In this document: piece by piece, positions 13,242 to 25,099 of the stretch | Layout: the number at the start of each line of letters is the position of its first letter | Position numbering within the stretch: position 1 is the first letter of the stretch | Source: Perkinsus olseni | Lineage: Eukaryota | Assembly (NCBI GenBank): GCA_013115125.1 | Contig: JABANN010000112.1 | Coordinates: 1 to 64,000 of the forward strand | Reading direction: 5' to 3' | Length of the DNA stretch: 64,000 nt | Notes under the pieces: model-generated | What the model was told of the DNA's origin: nothing | The model's input: only the letters and a program-made list of their open reading frames with translations | The model's database searches: none | Position numbers and translations under genes: made by a program

Positions 13242-16113
13242 ATGGCTGCCTCCCGCTCATCACTTACTCCCACTCACTCCCTGCGAGGACCTGTCACCCT
13301 TAACGTTGGGCAGCAGCAACAGCTGAGTGACCTTGTGGAGAGCCTGAGGGAGCAGCTCCTTAGAGAGGCCGAGGAGAGGCATCAGGTGTGTGGAAGTCAT
13401 ATTCCTTCATGCGATCACTGCTGTTGAGTGGACTCGCACTTGATCGAACGCCGAAGTTTCCTTAAGCTTTGATTCGGCCCCTCGATTCTGTCGAAGTGTG
13501 AACGGGTAACGCTGAGAGGCCACGACAGTGTCTTTCAGCTGTCGGAGTGGCTTTCTGTGGCCAAGACAGAATCCAGCAAGTTACGTAGCTCATTAGCTGC
13601 ACAGCAAGAGAAATTGGAGAAATCGTGGCAGCTCTCGCGGCGTTACGAGGAAGAACTCAAATCATCCGTCGACAAGCAAGGTGTGCTTCACGGTCTGGCA
13701 ATGAGATTCTCTTCAACGAGCTCAGCTGGAAATGGAGTTTGCCGTCGATGAGTCGACCTGTCGTTGGAAATTGTAGTAATGAGTTTTTGAGAATGAACTG
13801 ATGATAGCGGTTACCGTTCGCTCGTTGTGATGTTGCTCGACCCTCCCTCCAGAGTTTTGATTTGCGTACGCCACCTGGCTCAGCTGTAATTGGAGCCCAG
13901 CCACGCAGGCTCATGGGGTGTTATTCCAAGCGCTCAGAGAATGCGGAAAAGGAGCTGCGCGAGTGCCGAGCGGAACTGAAACGGGCCGAAAATGAGATTG
14001 GAAGTTTCGAAAGATGGAAAAGTGACAACGTCAGTGTTGACCGAGCTAAACTGTTGCAACAGATCGAGAGGTGAGCTTCTAGGAAGTCATTGCTGAAAAT
14101 TGCGGAGCCTTTAATCCCCGATGCAGTCTCAAGGCCCAAGTCAAAGTGGCTCCCAACGGAGATGTCCAAGCGCTCGCTACGGAAAAGGAAGAGCTGAAAG
14201 TTCGCTGCTCAAAGCTCGTAAGACTGTGAGATAATTGTCCTGATCAATCGTCCCAAGTGCATGTATGGTTTTCCTGCGTGCATTCATCGTGGCAGAGAAT
14301 AACCATCTAACATTTCAGGAAGAATCGGTTACGTCGTTGTCTGCTAGATTGCGGGAAGTGCAAATACAGAATGACACAATACTGAAGACGCATGTGGATG
14401 ACTTGAGAGATGAGCGAACTAGACAGCAATGGTACGCCAGCGAGTTACTGACCCGAGCGTAGATGACAAACCTACCTCACTGCCACCCACACGGATACTG
14501 CCGGCCTCCCCGTGGATCATTATTAGTGCCTGGGCTCATTAATCAGGCTTGCACTCTTCTTAGGCGGATGGCTTTCGCTCGCTCCAATGTTCAGCCGAGC
14601 GGCATCCAAAGCGCTTGTCAGTGGGTGGTGATTATTAGGTACTTGACTGGCGGAAACCCTAATGATGAAGTGATGAAAGGGGCGAGAGAACTCCGGCAGC
14701 TACGTGTCAAGGCGGAAGTCGACGAGAAAATGAAAGAAGATCTCAGAGTGGGCTTTTGGCTCTGCAAGGATTCTGTTGAAAGATTTTGATGTCATTGGCA
14801 GCAGGAGCCCTAAACATCGGACAACATAACATCACGTCATACCCTTGTTAGGGTAGAGTCGGAGACCTCGAGAAGCGGCTTGAGGTCTCAGAGAAGGATA
14901 ACGAGGAGCTGAGGAGAGAACTGAGAGCGACAGAGCTACACGGCCCGCGATTGTTACCTCAAAGTGAATTACAAGCGACACTGGAAGAGGCAATACCAAT
15001 CAGTCAATCAATACCAATCGTTTGAATCAAATCCAGTCGTATGCCTCGTGCTGATCTCTCTTCTTGGTAACATCATTCTGTAAAGCCATCCTAGCGGCTC
15101 GTGCGTATCTGATGGTTTCCGAGTTGGTATTCCTCGTGCAGGGTGCCGACTTAAAAAGGGCCAACCCCTCATGAATTTTTCGTGCGAACGAGTTGAGAGT
15201 CACAGAAGATTTTCAAAATGCCCTCCATCGACGGTCCCCCCCTAGGCAATTCACAGCGTCAGCATGGCCTCGATGATTCTGCCAACGATTTTTCGCGATT
15301 TTTTGGCGTTTGCTTCGACATTGCGAGGGTGAAACTTTCGAGTGAGATAACGCTGAGAACGGGGTAGTGTAGAGCTCGACGAGAGCTTTCGATTGGTGTG
15401 CGTTGCAACTCTCAACTCGTTCGCACGAAAAAGTCATGAGGGATTTGCCCTTTTATAGTCGGCACCCTGTAGATAAGAGGGCGAGGCTCTTCGCGAGGCT
15501 TGCTCTAACCAGCCAGACGAGTCGGTGTCATCGGCATGCACACGAGTGCATCGGCGTCAGGTCCACGCTACAAGCTGCAAAGTTTATGTGGAGAATGCTC
15601 AGCTGCGTGAAGACCTTGACGCAATGAAGGCAAGGGCTGGTCAGTCGACACTCTTGCGTCTAATAGGACAAGTTTCCTTTCGTAGAGAACTATTCGACTC
15701 AGCTGGAACGCGAGAAAATGGCTCGAGACATAGCAGAACGGCAGCTGAGGAGCAACAGAAAAGAATGGGAGTTGAACGCTACGAGCGATGAGCGACGGAA
15801 GATTCTCGAGAAACGTGAGGATATATTGGGAGCGTATTAGAACCTCTGGCCTCCGAGATGGGGCAACGCTGCATCCCACTGGCCTCAATGAAGTCGCCGG
15901 TACCTCACGACGGCACACTATGTCGATGCCGAAGGCGATGCTACTAATGGCACTCGCGGTTAGCCAAACGCACGTTACATCTCAAAGACCTCGGCTGAGA
16001 AAATAAGGGTGTCGGGCAGCCGACGTCAGTCTGCCCGAGCCGTTATCGAGCGCCTGGCGCCTCGACAGCATGATGCTCTGGACACTAGCCTGCTAGCGTG
16101 GGAGGGACAATAG
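13242..16113 (+). CDS. Long coiled-coil protein of unknown function (multi-exon)
   Basis: A series of E/K/R/L-rich heptad exons flanked by AG/GT, e.g. SENAEKELRECRAELKRAENEI and VGDLEKRLEVSEKDNEELRRELR. 3' end approximate. Confidence 0.6.
15139..15469. mobile_element. MITE (331 bp) with 62-bp terminal inverted repeats, Tc1/mariner-like, in an intron
   Basis: 15139-15200 CAGGGTGCCGACTTAAAAAGGGCCAACCCCTCATGAATTTTTCGTGCGAACGAGTTGAGAGT is a near-perfect inverted copy of 15408-15469. Right flank is TA, left flank TG (probably a mutated TA duplication). No transposase ORF. Confidence 0.85.
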
Positions 16114-16394
16114 GGGCACGTGCTGTCCGATTGCACACGAAAGGTGCTCTTGCATCTTTCCGGATCGGTTCTAGCATAGATAGACCACTTGTTTATCCGC
16201 TAAAACGGACGCTGGAAACCTACAAGGTTATGTGCCTTTCCTCCGGGAGGGAAGGCTCATTCACTGGTCCTTGACATCTAGGCCTTCCCTACGTGACTTG
16301 GGGAAGGGACCCCCCGCCCCCCCCGCGTCACGTTATCCGGTTGGTGAGTTCATTAAGAGTGACGATATGCTGTTACTGATATGTATCAGGGTGT

Positions 16395-19192
16395 ATGGAG
16401 CATAAAAGCCGTAGAAAGCGATCCATATCAGATCACGAACAAGCGTCGGCAATCGCACACTCGAAGTATCAGGCGGCCGAGGAGAAGTATCAGTCATTGG
16501 CCAACATCGCTACTGAAAGCATAGTTATTGGCCTGGTTAGGGTCAGGCTGCTCCGTGGGCGGGACGGGGATGAGGTGAGCTCTCTTAGATGCTGTTCGAT
16601 CGAGTGATCAATGCTCACTGACCATCTGTGCCATATCTTGGAGTCTTGCGTCACGCAAGTTGCGTGCTACATGAATTGAACATGGGGCCGGTGAATCGAG
16701 ATATTGATACTTTCCAGTCAGCAAGCAAGTAATTGGCGTTGAACTGCGTCCTTCCGCTACACACTGCATCCGTACACGGTTATTCATCGAAGCTTGTGAG
16801 GGGCTACTCGCACCATGCTGGACAGGCCACACCACCCGAGCCTCGGATTGTCGCTGTTGGCCAGGACAGGATGCTGAGGATATACGCCAATGATCTGAGC
16901 AGACCCTTACTACAGGTCCTCAAGGAGGACCTCAAGGTTATGTACATCGGTAAGACTCAGTAGTCGTTTCTGGGGGGATAATGACTCAGGTAGCAATTCA
17001 GTGGACATCGAGACCCCTGTTGACGGTCTCTTCCGGTTCATATACCCCAACAACAATACAGCACAACTGTGGTATAGAGCAATGAGACCGCTCCGATAGC
17101 ATGCTCATGATGATCATGATGTCCAACAATAAGCAGTCTCGAGCTTTCGATCGCCGTCTTGCTTTAGTATGTATAGCCAATGGGAATGAGCACATCCGTC
17201 ACTCGATGGTTAGGATGATTGATCGCTTGCCGCCCGGGGCAACTAGGTAGTAGACGAAGCTGACTTCAGTGAGGGGGGGGGGCGGCTGACTCGGCCGAAA
17301 CGGACCACCGACACCGCCATCGGTGGTCTCGGTTGACTTTCTCAGTACAGTTGACTCCTTTTTTTGATGACCGGGCTCGAAGTGCTTGGCCCCCATTCAG
17401 CCCTCAACGTAGTTGTCCTCGAGTTCCTCCAACCGATAGAGGTGACCTCCATCGGACCGTCCACAATCATCCCCGAGCGGCAAGATTTTGAGTTGGGCGA
17501 CCACTCACGGGCCAGTTCTATGCTCTTCAGGTTATGCCTCTAGCATTCTCATCGACTGCACTACTGGCCGCGGTTACGGAAGTCATAAGGGCAGCACTGG
17601 GTAACCCTCATCACCAGCAATCGGGCTATACACGGGCAAGGGGAGGCTTTGCCCCTACCTCAGGCAGCACCGACTGCCTAGGAACGTCAGCCTCCCAGAA
17701 CTCGGAGTGCTTGGCCCAATTCTTCCCGATGTGGCTGGCACGGAAAGTGAAAAGGTCACGATTGCGGTATGTTGGGAAGCATCTATTAGGTGAGCTTGCT
17801 TTGAGGAGCAGCGTCTTGGCCGATGGCCTTCCACAGCATGTGAAGTACGCGTAGATACCTCATCTATAGTAGCAGCGGGAGGTGCCCACTCGGCAGTTCT
17901 CAACAGCTGCCCTGGAAATGTGTTCCTTTTCGGAAGCAACAGCCTCGGCCAGCTAGGCGGTGTGGGAAATACTCAGTTGGAGGAAATCGTTACCGTGTCA
18001 TGCGGGTGAGATGGTATGCCTGTTCTCGAGGACGGCATCGCTATTCCAAGATACGGTCAGACTGCTGTCCTGTTGACCGACGGCTCTCTCTACATGTGCG
18101 GCCAGACTCCTTCTGATGCTTCAATCGCAGGAATTGAAGTGGAGGATCCATCTGCATGGTAGGGGCACAGGTCCTCCATGGGGGGCCTCTAAGGTAGACT
18201 GCTCGCATTCCCATTATGGAAATCCCATACTGTTTATAGTCATCACAGGAGACCGGATGTTATCCTCCAGTCGTAAGGATTCGCTTCTAACAGGTACTAT
18301 CGAGTCGGTCGATTTGATAAGGTGTCGCTGAGATTCAAAGTAGCACTGGTGTCTGCCGGCCTGGACTTCACTCTCCTGGCCACTACTGAGGGTAGAGTCT
18401 ATGGCCAAGGTTCGAACCCGTTCGGAGCTTTAGGGATCGGTAAGCAGCTCGCCTGGATAACTGCCCTTCCACAGTCTATTGATACTGTGTTCTCAATTGT
18501 TAGGGACGATCGTCTCAACCAATCGGCCCGTTACCGACTGGACCCCGGCGGCGATCCCCAAGGGGACTATTGCCGTCAACTTGGCTGCGGGGTGTTTTCA
18601 CAGCGGTATAGTGGATCACCGTGGCTGGTTGTGGGTGGCCGGAAGTGACCTCCATGGACGACTGGGGATCGGAAGAGTGCATGCGCTCGAGTGTGAGAAA
18701 ATTCCCACGTACGAGAGGGTATTTGGCATCCCCAAAGTAACAGCGGTAGCACTAGGGAGCAACCATTCAATCGTGCTCTGTCAAGACGGCGATGTATGGG
18801 GATGGGGATCGAACGAGCGGGGGCAGCTAGGCTTAGGATATGGTTGTGAAAACATTCGGCCAGTTAAGCTGCCTGTGAAATCAGCTGTAGCGATAAGTGC
18901 CGGGAGGAGTCATTCGGCGACGATTGATTCCACCGGAGGGCTATGGACATGCGGTGACAACAGGAGGAATCAGTGTGGCTGGGGGTTCGGGGATGATTCT
19001 GTGTGTAAATTCACTTTAGTGCAACGCTCTATTATTGCGCATGCGTGTGGATGGAGCCATACCATTGCCTTGCGAGAAGATGGGGCAGTCCTATCGTGTG
19101 GTTGCCCCGACGACGATCGTTTGGGTGTAGACGGTGATATCGATATGGGAGCATTTTTGTCAGAGACACGGTACAAATTGACGTTCGAGTGA
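16395..19192 (+). CDS. RCC1/BLIP-II repeat protein (multi-exon)
   Basis: Repeated blades: VAAGGAHS...LFGSNSLGQLG, VSAGLDFT...YGQGSNPFGALG, VALGSNHS...WGWGSNERGQLG, ISAGRSHS...WTCGDN, ACGWSHT. N-terminal exons tentative. Confidence 0.85.
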
Positions 19193-19275
19193 AGCTCGGC
19201 CCCGTGTTTGGTTCGTATCGTGCTCACTGGAACCTCGCCGCGTTGATGACCCTCAGTGTTTCTCCAAGCGTTGTA

Positions 19276-20361
19276 ATGTCTTCATTGCGGCTCGTTAAGA
19301 CTTGTCAAGACGAGGTAACAAATATTTCCTTGGGTTCTATTGTGTAACTATCGAGATCTAGATACAGAAAGTAGCCCCCGGTCCCCGATGGCGGGAAGCC
19401 TTGTATCAGTATCTGCGCCATCCCGATCGGCACCGTGATGCCATAATTCATAAATCGCAGGAAGGGTTCACCACGGTGTATGATGGCTATCCCAAAGCAA
19501 CTGTTCATTTGCTCATACTACCCGATCAAAGAATCAAGACTCCCCAGCAGCTAGATAGGTGAGCCGACCCGTCTCCGGCCTCTCTGCACATTACCCGCAG
19601 CAGATGCGCGTGATCAGGAGTAACACGATTGTGGTTCCCAGGTTGAGTAACAGTAGCTACTCACCGGTGAAGATAAGACTGTTCTCTAGACTGCAGCTCT
19701 GAAGCTGAATAACTTGTCAATTGAATCATCTGCACTTTCTATATCGTCCCGTGTGTACCAACTCACGCACACTATCGATTACAGCAGCTGAGGGTCGGGT
19801 GAATCTTCATTGTTTCTACAGGTCCGGTGAGTTCGGTACGTCATTCCTGCGTCGAGTTCACAAGTACGCCGGTTGGTTGATTGGTGAGCTACACAAACAA
19901 GAGCATTTGAGGGAGTTGGAGTTCAAAATCGGCATCCATGCTGTACCCAGTATGGAGCCTCTCCACGTTCATGTTATATCCACGGATATGAGGAGTAATC
20001 GCATAAAGCATAAGAAGCACTGGAACTCCTTCACCACTCCATTCTTCGTTGAACTCACTCAAGTCGAAGATATCTTAGAACGTGATGGTGAGCTCGGGCG
20101 AGAGACGCCCTCCCATGGGGAGGCGTCTCATGTGATGACTCTCAGTGTTCTTCAGGACACCTCCATTCGATCCTCGGCCGAGAATCTCACCTGCGCGATG
20201 ATCTGCTCTGCAACACGTGCGGTCGAAATTTCGGTTCTCGATTCACCAAATTGATGCACCACGTGACGATATGTTCACAAAGAGAACAGCTTGCAGTAAA
20301 GCGGAAAGCTGAGTCTGAAGTAGCCGATACTCAGGGCAAGCATCGACGACTTTGTGGTTAG
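19276..20361 (+). CDS. APTX: Aprataxin (HIT domain plus C-terminal zinc finger)
   Basis: VYDGYPKATVHLLILP, GIHAVPSMEPLHVHVISTD (histidine triad), KHKKHWNSFTTPFF, then LLCNTCG...LMHHVTIC. Confidence 0.9.
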
Positions 20362-20491
20362 TGTTCTCTTCTTCTGTCTTTTTGATTTATTGGAGAGTGT
20401 TCTGTACTAAGGATTGCCCTTTAGAAAATCCTCCGTGTTTCAAATATCGCGTTGTTAATTCTTGTCAAGGATTTCTTGACCACGAATATCC

Positions 20492-21400
20492 TGTGACTAG
20501 GGGTTGTGTACGTGGATATTTGCTACTCCCGCCTCGGGTTACTCCGGAGGTCACTCGAGGTCAAACTCTCCGAAAGGTCGGTGGATAGCTTGACTCCCGC
20601 GGCGAACCCCTCTATGCAGGGAGTGATCGGCAGCAGCCGGTATCATGTCTCGGTAGCCTGCTCGTCGTTACGATCGCCATCATTAATCAGCCCGGTTCGA
20701 GACACTCTAAGAGATGCGCTCCTTCCTCGACACACGGCGCGCAATCGCCTTGCGGGGGGTCGATCCAGTCAATTGAATTTGAAAGGAGTTCTCGAGCGTG
20801 AATTCGCTTCTGCACACGAGATTGGGAGAGAGGGGCGATCGGGATAGCACGAGTCCGTAGATATTCATAGAAAGATAAGCCCCAGTATTGAACCAAAGCT
20901 CTCTTGTTCGTCCCCGCACGCTCGACCCCTCGCTTACGCTGTAAGCAGATTCTGCCAGGAGAAAAGGAAGCCTCTCTGTTCGAATATACCCTTGAGAGTA
21001 GCTTCTCCACGAATCGTCTGAGTGCACTGCATATCAACGCTACAAAGACTTCCGAAGTAAGTACATCAGCAAGAGTCTAAGCCAGAATCGCCGTTGGACT
21101 ATAGACTCACACATACTTCTCTCCCTCGATACCATCTAGGATATCTTCCGTGTGTAACCCGTCATAATCTTGTTCTTCAACTACAGGCGTGTTGCCACTC
21201 CCCGCGCGCTACGGGACAATGACCCTAGGGGGGTTTCTATAACCTCGCAAGTTGAGGAGGGCTTCAAGAATCTCGAGTCGAGATACCGCAGAGTGGTGCC
21301 AGACATGCTGGTGAGATGGTAGATGGTACCAGAGGTGTTAGCCTTCAGAACCTCGTACGGCCCGACTAAGGCCACCACCCCGATCCTTCACATCACACCT
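20492..21400 (-). mobile_element. Degenerate Ty3/Gypsy remnant: integrase C-terminal GPY/F fragment, polypurine tract and putative 3' LTR
   Basis: Minus-strand VGPYEVLKANTSGTIYHL...YLDSRFLKP resembles the GPY/F module. It is followed by GAGGGAGAGAAGTA (21127-21114) and a ~620-bp segment bounded by TGTGA/TCACA (20492-21111). Confidence 0.5.
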
Positions 21401-22085
21401 CAGCAAGGCGGCACCATCATGCGTGACGCATGTTGGGGGTCGTAGTGTTTAAGGGCAGCCTTATCCCATAACAACAGCCACCTACTGTGCTTTCAAATGT
21501 GCCCGCGTCTGCTTTCGCGGCCTGAGGTGGATGGGCAGTCCACGATAAAGCTAGCCACCACCTTCATCGGATCCCCGCCTACCCAAGCGCCACACGGTGC
21601 CTACTGTATTGCGACCTATCAAAGTGGCACCTGCCCAGCACTAACGTAACACGGCTGTCTGAGAGCGGGCCACTCAGCAAATAGGGTCCAATTGGATGAT
21701 CAGCAACTGGATACCGATAGGTGTGCCAAATTCAAGTTGCCAATTGCTGGCGTACATGGTCACGCAATAGAGAAGGATCGCAAAGTTCAATCGCCGAAAC
21801 AGTCCGCGCAGAAGGGTCGAACGCATGCGCATAGCGCACCTAAGCGAATCCGCTGTAACGCCGCGAACGTTTGCAGGGATCTCAGAACTGCAGTCAATGC
21901 TTCAACCAGCATTCTACGTTTGGCAGGCGCAAGTCAGTAGTCTTAGACAGAGCCAATGAAAATATCACCGCTTTCTATATTAACCTCTAACCTCACACAG
22001 GCGATGAGAACCTGGTCAATCACTATCCAGCAAATATCACAGATTCTGCCGGCCACCCTGTCCACCATTCCGTCTCAGCTTCACC

Positions 22086-23306
22086 ATGGTAGAGCATTCG
22101 ATGCCCTCCGGCGCGCGGCTATGGCAGTTCGCAAGAAAGTGCTTCGTACCAACCCTCATGCTCCTCGTCGTGATTTGTGGTACTTTCAACTCGATCACTG
22201 GTAAGATTCGAGCCGTCGCCCTCGGTGTGTACTCCGGTCTCATATCTAACCTTGTATGCGAGATCATGTATTTCCTGGTCTACGGTCTGCTACTGTCATT
22301 CAACGTCTGCTTTGGACGTGTTCCTCGGGAGCAATGGATCTGGGTTCTCTTTCCAAGGAAGAGTGATGAGCTTGGCTACTCTACTCGGGGTATTCGTGGC
22401 TTCTTCAAACGCTTGCCTGGTGTGAAGTTCGCGGCACTGGCAGGGATTGTTGAGGTCAGCGGTGATTACCTCATTTTCTCTACACAAGGATCTTTGTCCA
22501 TCATTATGTACAAGCTCTTACAACAGTTTATTGTGCCATCAACTCTGATCTGGTCGGTCATCCTACTACGTTCACGCTACATTCTACAAGAGCTGCTTGC
22601 CGTTCTATTGGTGGTTATTGTGGCCGTCGTGGCGATCGTGACTTCTAGTGAAGGGGAAGGAGATACCTCTGGTGAAGATAGCGTGTCCGATGCTCTGATC
22701 TTTGGATTGGCGATGGTCATTCAGTCTTGTGCTTTTGTCGTGAAGGAACTCATGTTCGTAGAGTTCAGTGCACACGCCCAGATCAAAAACTGTCAGATCA
22801 CCAATCTGAACGTTTTTCTGATGAGCGCCTCGACTCATTTTTTCGGTATGCTTCTTGTATTACCGCTTTCTTCTCTCTTGCAGATCATCGCGGGTCAGGA
22901 TGATGTGGCTGATATCCTAACAAATGGTTTTATTTTATTGTTATCGGACGCTATGGTGGCGAGATGGTTCGCATTTTACATGACGGTGAACGTGCTGTTC
23001 AATATGAGCCTTTATTATCTCATTGCATACGCATCGAGCGCTTTGGCGTTCCTCTGCGTAACCGTTACCCTTCCTGCATCAGTTATCCTATCTCTATTTA
23101 ATTGGCCATTGATCGGTTCGTCCGCTGTACCATGGATACAGTGGGTGGCTTTATTCATCATGTTGGCCGGGGTTATCGCGTTCAGGCACGGCAATAAGGT
23201 CCGCGCCAATCTAGAAGCTCGAGATAACGGCTGCCGACGTCCTCGAATCTGCTGCTGGCCGTTGAGAGGACGATTACAGTGGAGAGCTTCGCCACAGCCG
23301 ACTTGA
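22086..23306 (+). CDS. CRT: CRT-like (chloroquine resistance transporter family, DMT superfamily) membrane transporter, intronless
   Basis: 406 aa with about 10 hydrophobic segments. TM1-2 VICGTFNSITGKIRAVALGVYSGLISNLVCEIMYFLVY aligns by eye with PfCRT [22 protein letters not shown]...FICMIMFFIVY. Also has LLQQFIVP and VVKELMF motifs. Confidence 0.8.
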   Translation: MVEHSMPSGARLWQFARKCFVPTLMLLVVICGTFNSITGKIRAVALGVYSGLISNLVCEIMYFLVYGLLLSFNVCFGRVPREQWIWVLFPRKSDELGYSTRGIRGFFKRLPGVKFAALAGIVEVSGDYLIFSTQGSLSIIMYKLLQQFIVPSTLIWSVILLRSRYILQELLAVLLVVIVAVVAIVTSSEGEGDTSGEDSVSDALIFGLAMVIQSCAFVVKELMFVEFSAHAQIKNCQITNLNVFLMSASTHFFGMLLVLPLSSLLQIIAGQDDVADILTNGFILLLSDAMVARWFAFYMTVNVLFNMSLYYLIAYASSALAFLCVTVTLPASVILSLFNWPLIGSSAVPWIQWVALFIMLAGVIAFRHGNKVRANLEARDNGCRRPRICCWPLRGRLQWRASPQPT

Positions 23307-24065
23307 GTGACATTGTCGGACGGTCTCTCGATATACAATGCATCAGATTCAATTTTTCAGGACGATCATAAAACTTCTCGACACTTCGTGCAACCCTCCT
23401 CACATGCTTGGCTAGCTCCTTTCGGTGTTTCTTCAGTTGACCTTTCGTAGCAGCTTTGCTTCCGGAGGCTCCTGCTTGGTACAGTTGTGACGGGATAGCA
23501 CTCATCCTACCCTAGGTAGTCGTCTATTGTTATTGGAATTTAATCTCAAAATCATCATCGACTGTTGTGTTACATTAACAGTTAGTCGTATTAGTTAAGT
23601 GCAATCCCGCTTTGCTGCGCACCCGCGGAAATTGGGCGGAGAAAGTAGAAATCTAAAATAGTAGCACTAACATGGCATCTTGCTTCCACGTGCGAAGACA
23701 CCACGTTAACACAAGAGACCGCACAAGTTCGTAGACGTATCGGTAGTGCACCTCTAAGCACCCAGGTGATGCCTTCCAATCCTAGTGAAGCCATTGGTGT
23801 AGCAAACGTCGTCCGCTCACAACAAGACCTCAGTCAAGTTTTTCACTCATGATCTCGTCTCGAGGGCTAATTGGGTATCAGGGATGCATCATCATTCGGT
23901 ACGTAATCCGGTAAAATCGGTGAACCGCCGCGCTGAATGTCGCTGACTAGGCCATTCTGCACACTCAAACCATGGTATCAGGTCGGGGAGATTTGCTAGT
24001 GTTACTGATATAACGCAAGCAGCGAATGACTAGAGGGACGCAGGACAGCAGTCGAGCAGCCATGG

Positions 24066-24716
24066 TCAATCATTCTTCTTGTTCGCCGACGCATCTTGGG
24101 CCTCTGCGGGAGGAAGGCCATCCACGAAATCGACGATCCTAACCAAACAATTCCTCCTGTGGCATCCTTCCTCCCTTTCATCCTGTGGCAACTGTGCGAA
24201 TAGGTGATGATGAGAGCAGTAGTCAACAGGGATACCATCGTGGCCCACAAGCATTTAAGCATCCCAAGCACAGTAAGGAGGCCTTACTTTCTCCATGGAT
24301 GGTATGGGACCAGCAGTACGCAGACTGAGAAGACACTGACGGTGATGGCACTGGCAAGGTATCCCCAGTGTTCCAGTGCCAACCCATCAATGTCATCACC
24401 GTAAACTCTGTACATATACTCGGGAAATCTGAGATACGATGATGAGTTGTGAATGTAAAGTATGACAGCAGCAGAAGGTGAGTTATTGGATCATAGTCAC
24501 CTGTAGGTTGAATCGCCAGTGAGCCTAGCCATAACATAGGGGCCATACAGGGCCTTTATCTGGTATGTACTGAAGGCCACTGTGGCAAGTGTGAGAAGAA
24601 GCGCCTGAGAACAGGACTTAACACCTGTATAGGAATAGCTCGGTTACCAAGAGCCAGGAGATGGTCTGGGCTAATGCGATGATGCATGACTCAAATCGAG
24701 GAATGGTGGGCATGTT
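24066..24716 (-). CDS. Small hypothetical membrane protein (spliced, tentative)
   Basis: Exon-like pieces such as HWGYLASAITVSVFSVCVLLVPYHPWRK|gtaag and ...ag|LPQDEREEGCHRR...KKND*. No recognisable family. Confidence 0.3.
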
Positions 24717-25099
24717 GAGGATAACAGCAGTCCTGTGGGATGATCGATAGCCTACCAACGATGATAAGGGAAGGGCCCATGCTGAGGGCGATACAGGAGT
24801 TTCATCTCGGGAGGAGCGGCAGATTGAACGACATCGTAGCCGGCGTCGCCCTTGAGCAGACCTCTGGTTCGGAGGCAATTGATGATGTCTTATCGGAGGC
24901 AAGTCTCTCGGCGAGTGGTGATATTAGAAATCTAACAACGCAAGACTAGAAGACTATCTTATCATTTGCATGCTTCTCTTCTTCTTCTCCTACTTTTTGA
25001 TAAATTCGCACTGGATATCTGAAGCAAAGAGGGAACAGCCCTGACCACTGAAGGCTCCATCATACTACCAAATGGACGAACAACTTAGTCATAGAGCAG

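Noticed and set aside
15630-15685. Apparent GC-AG intron in the coiled-coil gene
   Set aside because: A nearby GT donor gives the correct phase, so no non-canonical site is needed.
18405-18425. GGTTCGAACCC B-box-like match in the RCC1 gene
   Set aside because: It encodes GSNP within a conserved RCC1 repeat exon and has no flanking tRNA similarity.
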